Below, one piece after another: positions 24,482 through 38,636 of a stretch of DNA of 64,000 nt. Each line of letters begins with the position of its first letter. Position 1 is the stretch's first letter. Origin of the DNA: Eledone cirrhosa (Eukaryota); assembly GCA_964016885.1 (NCBI GenBank), contig OZ024746.1, positions 37,758,001 through 37,822,000 on the forward strand, written 5' to 3'. The position numbers were made by a program, and so were the translations under genes. The notes below the pieces were generated by a model. It worked only from the letters and a program-made list of their open reading frames with translations, was not told where the DNA came from and did no database searches.

Positions 24482-25257
24482 TTATGAATGGTTGTACATA
24501 TAATTAACCTCCTATTCAACTGAACAATCATATAGATACATATATATTGATGCTGTGAGCAACAGTTTCGTATTTACAGGGAGTAATGGATGCGACATAT
24601 ATTATACGAGAATTGAACAAACATTAAAATTAAAATGAAAAGCACAGAGTGGAATACATGCGACAGATAATACATGAGAATAGTCTAATAATTAAAGAGG
24701 CATTGAGAAATAATGAGAACACTAGCAGTACATATGCAAGCGTGTAGAAAGTGCACATGCGTTAGTCATATATATGAGAAGGAAATAAGCAAATCTATTA
24801 GGCATATATATAGATAAATAAATAAATAAATACTGTATGGCAAAAGTATCACATAAAATAATAAGCAAATGTGTTAATGTATTAAAAATTGATGGCGAAT
24901 GTAATGTGATGATAGCGTTCAAATTTGTGTGTGTTGAGAAAATCAAAATTATTGTAGTCTTTTCCATAACATATGTTAAGTTATATTTTAGTTAATATTT
25001 ATATTGAAATTTTTAAGTTAGTTACAGCAATGGATTGTAAATTGTTCTTATTGTATTCTTATTCATGGATTAGAGTTGTTCAGCAGGTATTTTTTCTAAC
25101 GGTTTAATTTCCGGAAGTGAGTATGAGATCCAAGATTAGGGGGAGCTAATGCGTAAGGGGAGGTAACTAGCTAATTAAATTAAATTAAAATACATAGGAA
25201 TATGAATTATTTAAATTATTTGCTTTAATACACATTATATTGTGAGACAAGTGAATC

Positions 25258-25392
25258 CTATTACATAATTGTGTCTACTTTAGGCACAAGGCCAGCAATT
25301 ACCCACTGCATTACTGGAACTTTATTTTATCGACCCCGTAAGGATGAAAGGCAAAGTCAACCTCGGCCGGATTTGAATCTCTATTACATAAT
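25258..25392 (-). mobile_element. SINE (Deu/Nin-like core) with 12-bp TSD, inserted in family C
   Basis: Core 'ttttatcgaccccgtaaggatgaaaggcaaagtcaacctcggc'; TSD ctattacataat at 25258 and 25381. Confidence 0.8.
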
Positions 25393-26696
25393 GTTATATA
25401 TGTATACTTAATTTTAAATACAGTCTATTTTCCTATATTACATTAAAGGTCTCATTAGATTGTTATCTATCTATTACTGGACAAGATATAAGTTATGGAA
25501 AAATGTATAGCTGTTTACAAGTCCAATTAGTTAGATCATTTGTGTAATAATATACATTATATCGTGTTAAAAGTTAATCCCTTATATATAATGCTATTAA
25601 TTTATATATTTAATTATAAATGCATATATAATTTATTATTATTATATTGTGCTAAAAGTAAATCCCTTATATACAATGCTATTAATATAAATATTTAATT
25701 ATAAATGTATATATAATTTATTATTACATATTACCTTAAATGTCTCTACATATTATATATCCATTACTGTATATAATATAATTAATCTAAAGTAGTTATA
25801 TTAAAAGGTGGTGACTTTATGTTTATTTCAAATAGTTATTGTAGAGTATAAAGTTAGAGATAAATAGGAGTTGTGTAGAAGAAAGAGCTGATCAAAGAGT
25901 GTGTTTCTGTGGGGCGCTGACATTGTTATATACTGGCAGCAAGGTTTAAAGTTATGGAACGAGTGTCGGGAGTGGTGCTGGCATGAGGAACACATCTCTG
26001 ATTTTCTATTTAGGAGGTCTAGTTTCGAAAGGATTATAGTACGGGTCTCTAGGAGACAGAGGTTAGACAATATGTTCGGTGGTTTATACGATGTGGTCCT
26101 ACCTACTACTTCCCATTGAAGTGGATATGGTCTATTCCTAGTTTTCAGAGAGTGTATGTAGCTAGATAAAGAATTGGAGTTGGCTAGATTGTGTTTTTGA
26201 AAGTGTGGAGGTGCGAGTTGTATCTCGTCTTGAAGCAGTTCAAAGTAGAGCCAATATATATTTTAAAAGAGTAACGCATGTGAACATTCTACACGCTTGC
26301 ATATGTACTGCTAGTGTCTTCATTCTTTCTCAATGTCTCTTTAATTATTAGAATTTTCTCATGTATTATCTGTCGATCCATTACACCCTGTAAATACGAA
26401 ACTGTTGCTCACAACATCAATATATATGTAACTATATGATTGTTCAGTTGAAAAGGAGGTTAATTATATGTACAAACGTTGATAACGCTCCGATTACTTC
26501 AAACGAAGGTTTGAAAGAAACGATTGTCAGAAATTAAATTATTTGAACATATCTTTGATAATTGTGTAATTTATATTCCTGCTCTGTAAAACACCAGATG
26601 TTCATACTGGTAATAAGGTAGTAGGAAATTACTGACCTTTCCTGTTTATAGTATATACATAACTATAAATAGTATTACTATAAATAGTATTATTAT

Positions 26697-26750
<54 letters not shown>

Positions 26751-26897
26751 GTGTGTATATATATAAATATATATAAATATGGATGTATATATAAATATAA
26801 ATATATATATATACATATATAAATATATATATATATAATATGTATCTATATATATATATATAAATAAGGATGTATATATATTAAATATATACATATA

Positions 26898-27677
26898 TAT
26901 AAGTATGTATACGTACATACATAAATGTATACAGACGTACTGTAGTATGTATATATAAATAGATACATGCAGACATATATATATATATGTACGTATGGAT
27001 TCACCGAACATTTATTATAATGCTCGGTGTGTTTTTAAACAAACATCCCGAATTAAGCCGTACAGTGTCTAGCAACCATCGTTGCTCATTTGTTCAACAC
27101 TGACAGAGGAACGCTGTAGTAGTTTCAAGCTAATTAGCTATCGTCAACAACATATATCTTCCTGGCAGATGCTTGAAACTCTGAAAGTATATACTTTCCT
27201 TTTGCATATTAACGGCTGAGCAGCCAAATTTGCATATCCAGTGAGTTAATCGGCCAGGCGCAGCGAAATCGATAAACGGAAAAAATTAAACGAAATTTCA
27301 TTTCTCACTCATAGTACGGCCAGTTACTTAAATATAAGTATGTATACGTACATACATATATGTATACAGACGTACATATATATATACATACATGAACACA
27401 TATATATATATATGTACGTATGGATTCACCGAACATTTATTATAATAGAAAACTGTACGGCTTAATTTGTTATGTTTGTTTACAAACACACCGAGCATTA
27501 TAATAAATGTTCGATGAAACCATACGTACATATATATATATGTGTACATGTATGTATATATATATACATACTAATGTACGTCTGTATATATATATGTATG
27601 AACGTATACATACTTATATTTAAGTAACAGCCGTACTAAGAGCGAGAAATGAAATTTTATTTCATTTTTTCCGTTTA
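26898..27677. mobile_element. Diverged family H (retrozyme-like) fold-back copy
   Basis: Homologous to the 53899 array unit, with a degenerate HHR at about 27110-27152 (-) and an inversion at about 27447. Confidence 0.75.
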
Positions 27678-27693
27678 TATATATATATATATG

Positions 27694-27863
<170 letters not shown>

Positions 27864-27885
27864 AATATATATATAATTATATATG

Positions 27886-27925
<40 letters not shown>

Positions 27926-27939
27926 GTATGTATATATGA

Positions 27940-27974
<35 letters not shown>

Positions 27975-27995
27975 AATATATCTATATATATGTAT

Positions 27996-28028
<33 letters not shown>

Positions 28029-28860
28029 CAGTATTTTCCGTTGTGTTGTAATATAAATATTACACACAGTAGATTATCAGCTCACGTAGAGTTTGCTCGA
28101 CGGTTCCAGTTGTAGTTCCAATAGTAATCCGGAGAAAAATAGAAAGATTTGAATGGATACAGTTTAGTTGAAAGGAATTTATTGACACGTGTTTCTATAA
28201 CAGTTACATAACCTAAAAACAGCTATCTACAAACTTTTAGTTATGCAGACATTCAATATTTCAATGTTATTATTTACTGTCATTTCATCAGAATAATATT
28301 ACTGAGGACCTATTTAGTTTTTATAGAGAATATTAGGAGGGAGGGGTGAAGTTGTTAGAAGAATAGTTGAAGCAGTGGTTTTTCGATAGCAGTGAGAATT
28401 CTTGGTGGCAGTGAGTAATTAGATTCCCATCTGTTGTTTTGACATTTTTTATAGAATATATTATTGGTTATTTTTCTAAGTCTATAGAAGGATTAGAGAT
28501 AGTAAAGATATGCGTGGTTGGTTTTGTGTTTGCACTTAATTAACATTCAGACTTAAATTTTTCTTTCAAGTGTACGTATCCTTTCACCCACGCATTCACA
28601 CACAAATATATTTGCACACCTCTACAAAATACATATACTCACAATTCACATATTCATACTTACATATATATACACATGCATACACATATATATATACACA
28701 TGTATTCATGTACATACATACGCGCTCATGTGTATACATTTTCATACTCAACTTATCTTTATATACACACGTATAGACACACACATATATACATACATAC
28801 TCTAGTCCATGTGTACACACATACACATACTTACACATCCATATACACATATATACATAC

Positions 28861-28919
<59 letters not shown>

Positions 28920-31325
28920 CATATATACATATATATACACACCCACATATATACATATATATATATATATGAGCACTTTAATACATGAATACACTTACAT
29001 CTAACTATACACATCAAACATATATATATATTTACTTATTTATATACATTTTCACATATATATACATACTTATGGACGTTTTTAGACACATTCATTATCG
29101 CATATTTGTACCTATTCTCATCAGCATATCTTTTCATTATTAGTATGGTAATTTAAGGTTATTAATATATGTTGAGAAGAGATTGTTTTTATATTTTTCT
29201 AACTAGATTAAGGTTTATATAGTTGGGGGATGTCCCTCTTTTATGTAATATTCGGCTTGTAGTGGGAAAAAAGGGTTTTAGTTCTGTGACGGCAGAATAA
29301 TGTTCGTTCAATTCTGTTATTCAGCAGTTTCTTCTTGTGTGTGATTATGTAATAAATCTCAAGATTACACAATTTGCAGAAATTTTGGCTCCTGGAAAAG
29401 CCTTGGGTTTTAGCTAATTTTTCCCATTTTAGGGTAAACTTTTGGTCGCTATCCCTGAGCGTCCAAGCTTTTTCTGCTAAAGTTGTTACATTTCTTTGGC
29501 TCTGGTGTTTTATTGAGTAAGAATGCCTATACAATCGAAATTTAAACGATGTTGCCGTTGATCCCACGTAATACCACTCGTTGCCTCCGGATTTAATGGT
29601 ACACTTATAAATAATATTTTTTTCCAGGCAGTTATTGCCGAGGGGGCAGTTGTCAGGATAGGTGCAGTTACAGTTGTGTACGTTGGGTTTTCTCTGGAGT
29701 AGTATTGCGGACGAACTTAGGTGTGGTTTATTTATGTTCTGTTGTGTATTGTCTACTGTTTTTTGTGTTCTTTGTACTTAAGTTCTTAGTGTTTTCGTTT
29801 AACCTTCTAGTATTGATCTTTTTTATGTGTTGTTCAAGGTTTAACGCTGTAGAGTATGACAGTCTTATAGTGGTAGGGTTTAGGATTTTGTGGTATTTGT
29901 GTGATGTGGGAAAATGTCTTTTAATTATTTTAAAGAAGAGTACTGGTAAATTTGTACTAATGGAGCTATTGTATTCGGGGTTATACCATAAGTACTCTTT
30001 GCATCGCTTTCTATTAGTTTTGTTTGTTGGTTTACTGGTGTGCATACTATGGTAGTAAGTGTGGTTTGGTGTTGTGTTATTATATCTAATTATGTGGGAT
30101 TTATTTTGGGTGTTTTGATTGTTCCCATCTATGTACTCTATTTTGTTGAGGTAGCCTGCTTTACTAAGGGCGTTATCGTAGTACTCGGCGTGTTCCTTAA
30201 ATACTTGTATGTTAGAAGATAGACCCGAGATTCTAAGGGAAATATTTTTAGGGATAGATTTAATTATAGAGATGGGGTGGTTAGACCCAACATTTACGTA
30301 TTTGAGATTTTCATTCAATTTATGAAACGGTTTAATCAAACCAGAGTTTAAATTTAGTGTGACATCCAGGAAGTTAACTACTTTAAGGTTGTATTCATAT
30401 GTTATAGTTAGTCCTATTTCGAGTAGTAGTTTTCTTATATCTTTGCGTAGTTTTTCTAGTTTTTGGTTATTAAGGTTTTTAGCTAGGAGGAGAACATCGT
30501 CGCGGTATATTCCGCCGTGGAGATTGCTGAATTTTTCCTGGAGTCTAAAGGCGATAAATAACCCCACAATATCAGTTATTTCCGCCGAATCGTTAGAGCC
30601 CATTGTTATGTCAAAGTTAGAGGGTCTATCTTTACGTACCCAATAACTGTTCTCAAATTTGACTATAGTTTTCCTAGCTTCTAATATAATGTTAATTTCA
30701 TCGTTTGTAAGGTCAGAGTTATCCTTAGCAAACTTAATGGCTCTATTCAAAGTTTCAGGTGATATCGATGAGTAATATTCATCGATATCAAACTGGATAA
30801 ACTTAGATTTATTCTTATTGCTAATGCTATTAAACCATCTTATTGCTTCTTGGGTCTTCCCCCAGAGTTTAATGTTAACCTTAGCCTTAATTTGGGGGAT
30901 GATTCTATCTAAGATATATTTGCTTATTTTACCTATATCTGATTTAGAGGGGCAGATTAATCTAATTTTAGGGTCATTATCAAAGTTTACCTTGTGGTCC
31001 TTAAGATTGAAGGTGGGTACCGCCGGTAAGAGTGGTCCTGTCCTATCTTCGATTCCGAGATTTTTCACTATTTCGCATGCCTCATCATTGATGTGCTTAA
31101 GGGTTACTTCACTCGTTTTTCTATATTTTTTATCCTAATATTCTCTATAAAAACTAAATAGGTCCTCAGTAATATTATTCTGATGAAATGACAGTAAATA
31201 ATAACATTGAAATATTGAATGTCTGCATAACTAAAAGTTTGTAGATAGCTGTTTTAGGTTATGTAACTGTTATAGAAACACGTGTCAATAAATTCCTTTC
31301 AACTAAACTGTATCCATTCAAATCT

Positions 31326-31331
<6 letters not shown>
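28029..31331. mobile_element. Second insertion of PLE family A: 5'-truncated minus arm 28029-31133 + short inverted arm 31133-31331
   Basis: Near-identical to 668-3810. HHRs at 28179-28296 (-) and 31175-31291 (+). Both termini are the same as in 668-8979. Confidence 0.95.
29241..31133 (-). pseudogene. 5'-truncated, frameshifted family A RT/GIY-YIG
   Basis: ORFs 29728..31068 and 29241..29567 match the 773-aa protein; there is a frameshift at about 29755. Confidence 0.93.
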
Positions 31332-31362
<31 letters not shown>

Positions 31363-31374
31363 TATATATATATG

Positions 31375-31438
<64 letters not shown>

Positions 31439-31460
31439 GAGAGAGAGATAGATAAATATA

Positions 31461-31872
31461 CACGGGTGTGTATGATTGTGTATATAAGATTATATTAATA
31501 AGAGGAATTCCAACATTGTCTGATTTACTCGTTTTATTTACAATCCTTTAAACTTTATAGTGGTATTATAATAAAATAGTATGATAGAATATTAAATGTT
31601 AAGTGTTAATTGAACAAGTACGTTCATGCTTACGCAATCTCCAGGTTCATAATGTGTGGTGACAGTCAAGTTTGCAATTTTCAAATTTGCAAACTTGACT
31701 GTCACCACACATTATGAACCTGAAGATTGCAAAAGCATGAAAGTACTTGTTCAATTAACACTTAACATTTAATATTCTATCATACTATTTCATTATAATA
31801 CCTTTATAAAGTTTAAAGGATTGTAAATAAAACGAGTAAATCAGACAAAGTTGGAATTCCTCTTATTAATAT
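31461..31872. mobile_element. Small fold-back element carrying an HHR in each arm
   Basis: About 31490-31677 is the inverse of 31685-31872; flanked by (TA)n. Confidence 0.8.
31715..31753 (+). ncRNA. Minimal hammerhead ribozyme
   Basis: tgaac-CTGAAGA-ttgc-aaaa-gcat-GAAA-gtac-TT-gttca. A mutated mirror copy lies at about 31611-31649. Confidence 0.75.
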
Positions 31873-31890
31873 ATATATATATATTAATAT

Positions 31891-31985
<95 letters not shown>

Positions 31986-32107
31986 TATATATAAAATACA
32001 TATATATAAATATATATATATATGTATATATAAATATTTATATATATAAATATATATATATATGTGTGTGTATATATATATATATATATAAATATATATA
32101 TATAAAC

Positions 32108-32140
<33 letters not shown>

Positions 32141-32148
32141 AATATATG

Positions 32149-32199
<51 letters not shown>

Positions 32200-32216
32200 A
32201 TAAATATATATATATG

Positions 32217-32269
<53 letters not shown>

Positions 32270-32282
32270 GTATGTATGAGTG

Positions 32283-32323
<41 letters not shown>

Positions 32324-32340
32324 ATAAATATGTATATATG

Positions 32341-32386
<46 letters not shown>

Positions 32387-32408
32387 AATATATATGTATG
32401 TATGAGTG

Positions 32409-32453
<45 letters not shown>

Positions 32454-32476
32454 ATATATTTATCTATGCATGTCTT

Positions 32477-32506
<30 letters not shown>

Positions 32507-32509
<3 letters not shown>

Positions 32510-33660
32510 GAATAATCGAGAATCGGAAAAACAGCTTACGAATTAACGATAAACAATATCCGATATGTGTGGCAGATGGCTAAATAATTTGGATAAATCA
32601 GAGCTATAACCATCGTTAAATTACCAACACACAGAGATCATGCCTAAAATCACCCGTACAGCCGAAAAAGAACGACCAGGAAGATTCGGGTCACTCAAAT
32701 AAAATATCAATAATCAATAAATTAAATGAATGTAAAAAACTCACCCGGACCCGCTAGAAGGATGTTAAATCTAGCTTGTTGGGTTTCTGCAATTCCTTAA
32801 TCCAATCACTATCAGCCCACATAAAAAATATATGAGACTTCTAGAGAAGAGGGGACGCGGAAGAGCTTTCTCAACGGGAATTCCGTCCGATAATGAGGAG
32901 AAGACCCTTAGCCAGAAACGCACATGGTACCCAGCAAGGGAGATAACCTCTACATTAGCGAACAATTTCGGTGATGTGCAAATCATGTAAGAATACAAAA
33001 TATCACATATCGAATTAGAGTGCTCAACAGACGTGTTAAAATAAACAGGAGCTATTCATCAGTCAATAAGATCGAGAAAAAAATAATCAATAAAATTAAC
33101 TGGTCAATAGCTAAGGTCTAAATCTAAATATAGTAGAATGATCGAGAATCGGAAAAACAGCTTACGAATTAACGATAAACAATATCCGATATGTGTGGCA
33201 GAGGGCTCAATAATTTGGATAAATCAGAGTCATAACCATCGTTAAATTACCAACACACAGAGATCATGCCTAAAAGCACCCGTACAGCCGAAAAAGAACG
33301 ACCAGGAAGATTCGGGTCACTCAAATAAAATATCAATAAATCAATAAATTAAATGAATGTAAAAAACTCACCCGGACCCGCTAGAAGGATGTTAAATCTA
33401 GCTTCTTGGGTTTCTGCAATTCCTTAATCCAATCACTATCAGCCCACATAAGAAACGCACATGGTACCCAGCAAGGGAGATAACTTCTACATTAGCGAAA
33501 AATTTCGGTGATGTGCAAATCATGTAAGAATACAAAATATCACATATCGAATTAGCGTGCTCAACAGACGTGTTAAAATAAACAGGAGCTATTCATCAGT
33601 CAATAAGATCGACAAAAAAATAATCAATAAAATTAACTGGTCAATAGCTAAGGTCTAGAT
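32507..33660. repeat. Tandem dimer of a 626-bp non-coding unit in (TA)n; diverged inverted relative at about 52985-53370
   Basis: Units start at 32507 and 33133; the second has a deletion of roughly 90-100 bp. Confidence 0.85.
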
Positions 33661-33837
33661 ATATATTTATCTATTAATTTATTTAGATGGGATCAGACAC
33701 AAACATATATGCACATAATCACCTTTCCCCATCTAAAGATATCTATTTCTCTGTCTATCTACCTTTCTCTCTCTCTCTCACTTTCTGTCTGTCTCTCCCT
33801 ATCTCTCTCTCTATATATATATATATATATAAAGAGC

Positions 33838-33914
<77 letters not shown>

Positions 33915-33998
33915 TGAAATGTATGTATGTATAAACGTATGTGTTTGTTTTGAACTACCTGAAGCATAAATATGTCTACGAGTGACACACACATCCAC

Positions 33999-34050
<52 letters not shown>

Positions 34051-34263
34051 CTATGTAAATACTATGACGGAATAGTATGTTTTCTATTTGACTACATAGT
34101 TATTTGGTCGTTTATTTGACATATACACGGGATTTCCCATGCCTTATATGTGAAACGTATGCAGACTGATACTCATTGTTTACACCGACGGTAGTATTTC
34201 CCTGTATATATATATACATGTACATATACGCTCACCCACAAACACATTCACATATATATATAT

Positions 34264-34355
<92 letters not shown>

Positions 34356-35094
34356 GTCTGTGTGTGTAATGTCACGATGCACGAAACGTTTCAACAATAG
34401 TGAGTACTTAACAATCTTTTGACAATTCTGGAGATTTCTGAAGTAATTACTCTTTCATAACATCATCATCATCGTGGTCATCATCATTACTATCGCAGTA
34501 TCCATCTTCTTCAATCTTAAACAACGCAGGCAATATCTTTAAAATACTAAAAATAAAAATCACACTTTTGTAGAACCACAAATAAAATAGAAGTTAAGTA
34601 TGGTTTTCTTGTTTTTTATTTTCTTCTTTCACGAACATAGCTCTGAGGCAATTTTGCTGTAAAAAAAATAAAACTACTATAACTAAAGCATAATACCTAT
34701 AAAAATCAATTGCAGTGTGGACTATAATAACCAGAAATATAAGTAGAATAGAAATTCGAGGAATAAATTTTATAAATAAATTATAAAATATATTATAATA
34801 CCAATAAAAGAAAATATTAGTACATGGCAAATCGAGGTTGTCCTATTACTGCTATTGTGAATATTAATGACAATGAATCCTGAGATAATCATAAGGAGTC
34901 CCCGGCATTTGACTTGTGGGATTGATTTGATATCTGAAAGAGACATAGCACATATGGGAGTCATTTTTTTAAGGCTCAAATTATGCCGCCAATCACACCC
35001 CACTAATACTAATCATCATGGTTTTTTATTCAAACACAAGGACATCATTGTTGGGAGTACGGGAAAGTTGATTAAAGCAACCGCAGTGCGAGAC

Positions 35095-35230
35095 TGGTAT
35101 TTTATTTTTCGAACCCCGTAAGGATGAAAAGCAAATCTCATCTCGGTGAGATCTCAACTCAGAACATTTAGGGATTGGAATTCTATGCCGCAAGGAATGT
35201 TTTCGGACGCACTACCAATTCTGTAACCAA
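35095..35230 (-). mobile_element. SINE copy (others at about 35905-35998 +, 43005-43140 +, 9065-9120 -)
   Basis: Shared core 'gcctttcatccttacggggtcgataaaataaagtaccag' and tRNA B-box-like 'ctgagttcaa'. Confidence 0.7.
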
Positions 35231-37627
35231 ACACCCTACTTAATAATGGTCTTTAATGTACATAACAGTCCAGCAATTTAGAAGATGAACACTTGAGTGT
35301 ATAGAATCTCATTAGTATACTGGTATTCCTTATTATAAATACCGAAGCCATGGAACACATATTTGAATCTGACAAGATTTGAAGTTGAAACTACAGCCTC
35401 AACAAATATTGCTAAGCAATTCCTTCAATGCTCTAACTGTACAACAGTTTCCAAGATGTTCCTAGCAATATGTAAATCAAAATAAATAAGAAAACCTGAA
35501 AGATATATATGAGCATATTACTGCAAAAGCCTGCACATTCATTAGAGAAGGTTTTCCAACTAATTCGAGAAGGTTTCACAATCGACAAGATATTACGTAT
35601 TGACGTATTAATTTACTCGGACGACAATATCCATATCTAAATAATTGAAACAATATCTAAATGTGTAGAACTAGAGATAGGAATAACATAAATGTGAATA
35701 ATGAAAATAGAAACAATCCCTATAATAATTCTATGAATGATAAAAACTCGTACAGGGAATACATAACCAAACTGTATGGCTTACAACGCTCATATATATA
35801 TATATATATTTATTTATTAAAATAACTGATTAAAGTTTATATTTGATATATATTTATTCTTATCGAGCCCTCTTTGGATTTTAGTCTTCTAATCTATTAG
35901 TATTACTTTTGCCTTTCATCCTTACGGGGTCGATAAAATAAAGTACCAGTAATGCACTGGGTAATTGATGGCCTTGTGCCAAAAGTAGAAACAATTACTA
36001 TATATATATATATATTAAAATAACAGATAAAGATTTAAGCAAAGAATCGCTGCTATATTTATACATACATGTATAAAACAGAGAAAGTGTGGTAAAAAAA
36101 TCAGGTGGACTATAATGCACCAGAGTACTTGATACGTAGGGTAATAGAGTGGGTAATCGGAAAAGAGTCTGAGCTCCGGCCGTTTCGACAGCTAGATCCG
36201 ATTACAGCCAGAGGTCAGCCGTCGGGGTCCTGGCTTTTCTCCTATATATATATATATATATATGAAATATAAGAATCAAAGAACTGTTCAAAACATTTTT
36301 ATGCTTACAACTGTTTCCTCCAAACAGAGGTTTGGATTCTTCGGAGCAATTTATTATTGAATGAACACTTATATGACCTCCTTTTCACCCAAGAGACATC
36401 AGATACATATGCAAATATTGTGGGTCAACATTCATTACAGCATTTAGAGTGGCAGTACACACTTAGAGATTACATTCATATTAAAAGATACAATCAAAAA
36501 TACAGGTTAAAATACATGAAAATAAGCGGTTATATAGTGCAAGTGTTATATGTGTGGCAAGCACGTGCGTCTTGTTTATATAGTGTGGCAGAGAGTTACG
36601 TGTAGTAGAAGCACTTAAGTAGGTAAACAAGAGTGTTAGGTTGGTTGATCTGGTGGCAAATTATTTATATGATTGTTATAGTCTGTGTGTGGAGAATTAA
36701 TATAAGCATTAAAAATAGTGCAAGCATTAAAAATATTTAAAATATTGGAAATGCACAGCGAAGGGATGATATGGACTTCATGTACTTCGACATTTTCATA
36801 GTCTGGGGAGTTTATTTTTCAGATTATATGCCCCTCACATAATCCACGACAATTCGATATTGAGCGTTTGACAATCCAGTTAGAGAATCGTAGTCTGATG
36901 TTCTTTAGTTCAGTACAGGAGGATGTTACGTTTCGAGAATCGATATAGAAATACTACCCGGAAGTGTGTGTGTGTGGCTAAGGGGAGTTAATGCATGAGG
37001 GGAGGTAACTCCGAGGTTTCTATTACTAGCTATTGAAATGTGTCTCAAAATAGACCCTAACTTCTATGGTTATGCGCAACTTCTTAAAGCTTCTAAAGCT
37101 TAAAGTGTTTTAACTATAGAGTAGTCTATTAAGTTGTGCTGAAGGTGTTCGTATTATTATGGTGAATTAACCCCCATCGTAGAGTGCGACAAATGAATAT
37201 TATAGACGACGAGCGAGGATTCTAAATTAATGATCTCTGTGGTTGTAGTCTACTCAAAGGACCAGGCGTGGTGATTGCAGAATCACTTCAACACACAATG
37301 ATCTCTGGTAAGTACCGGTCATACTGCACAACAGCGTTACTAGATTAATTCGTTTTTCATCTGTCCGACGAAGGCACTTCCTCCGCACAACACCAACATG
37401 ACAATCAATTCATGCTTAAATTACCTATAGAGCGGTGTAGTGCAGTTCAAGTGGGTGGATGTTGTCACACCTAAAGTGGAGGTACAAATGGGTATTCGCG
37501 CTGCGAAGGGTTCTAGAGGGATGTCGCTGTTTGTGTTATATTAGATCAGTTAGTGTTGGGTATGTGGTATAAGGTGTGCCCCTGGTGTTTGATGCTAGAG
37601 GTGGTGTTTGGTTCAAGTCCGACATTG

Positions 37628-38636
37628 CTATATATTGGGCTTAAAGTTTTGGAAGGAATGTCTGAAGCGGTGCTGGCAAGTTGCAAACAGTTCAGATTTT
37701 TTGTTAAGTAGGTTACGGTTGGAGAAGATAATATTGTGGGTCTCTAGTATACAGAGGTTACAAAATTTATTAGGTGGTTTGTACGAAGTTGCACTACTCA
37801 TCGCTTCCAATTTGAGTGTGTAATGTTTATTTTTATTTTTTAGATAGTGTATGTAGCTAGATAGTGAGGTGGAGTTGGCTAGACTGTGCTTTTTGAACGA
37901 GTGGATGTGCGAATTATATCTGATTTTGAAGCAGTTAGAAGTGGAGCCTACATAGGTTTCTGAAGAGTTGCTAGTTGTGACAGTGCATGAGTATATGATA
38001 TCCTTGGTTAGGCATTTTTTATCTAAAGGGCAGGTTCTATTGGCTCTACAGTTACAATTATCCTGTGTGTTAGTCCGCTGGTTATAATGCAGTGCAGAAG
38101 TCTGGGTGGTAGCTATAGGATTTTGGATATTCGGGTTGTCGACCCCGGTGTTATTTCTTATACTAGTGTTATTTCTATTGTTACTGCCGTTACTATGGTC
38201 GTTTGCTACAGAGGTATTTAGAAGGTTTACATTCTGTTGCGACTTCGTTTGTTGGAAGTAAGAATTAATTTTACTTTTATTGCTGCTAGCTATGTGGTAT
38301 GCTAAGTTAGGCGTCGTAGAGTATGAGATTTTAATAGTGTTTTTGTTTCTTCTTCTATTTTTGTTTTTAGTGTTTGGTGTGTTGTTTCTTCCTAAGGCAC
38401 TACGGTAGTTTGCGTGGTAATGGTTACTTCCGGTGTCACCCTCCGCTTTGGTGTACTTGTGGTTGCTATTCCTATTATTAGGTTTCCTCATGGACATGTT
38501 GTGCGAGATGATGTTGTAGCTATGTGTTTTCTTAGGTAGGAACTCAATTTCTATATTATGGCCGGATCTAGCTAATGCTTGGTTATAGTATTGTGAGTTT
38601 TTGCTAAATATGTTTGCGTCATAGGATAGATTAGAT
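37628..38636 (-). pseudogene. PLE linker + GIY-YIG (5'-truncated, internal deletion)
   Basis: YYNQALARSGH, KISYSTTPN, CNCR..CPLDKKCL..IIYSC..YVGST..FKIRYNSH..CNLCILE..LLNKKSE..CQH. Confidence 0.9.

Larger units (their letters stand above)
24392..26700. mobile_element. Naiad-type PLE family C fold-back: minus arm 24392-26270 with GIY-YIG remnant, plus arm 26273-26700
   Basis: 24392-24762 is the inverse of 26273-26576. Minus-strand YIGST..FKTRYNSH and NLCLLE..LLNRKSEMCSSCQH lie at about 25950-26260. HHR-like motifs at 24435-24481 (-) and about 26486-26530 (+). Confidence 0.85.
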
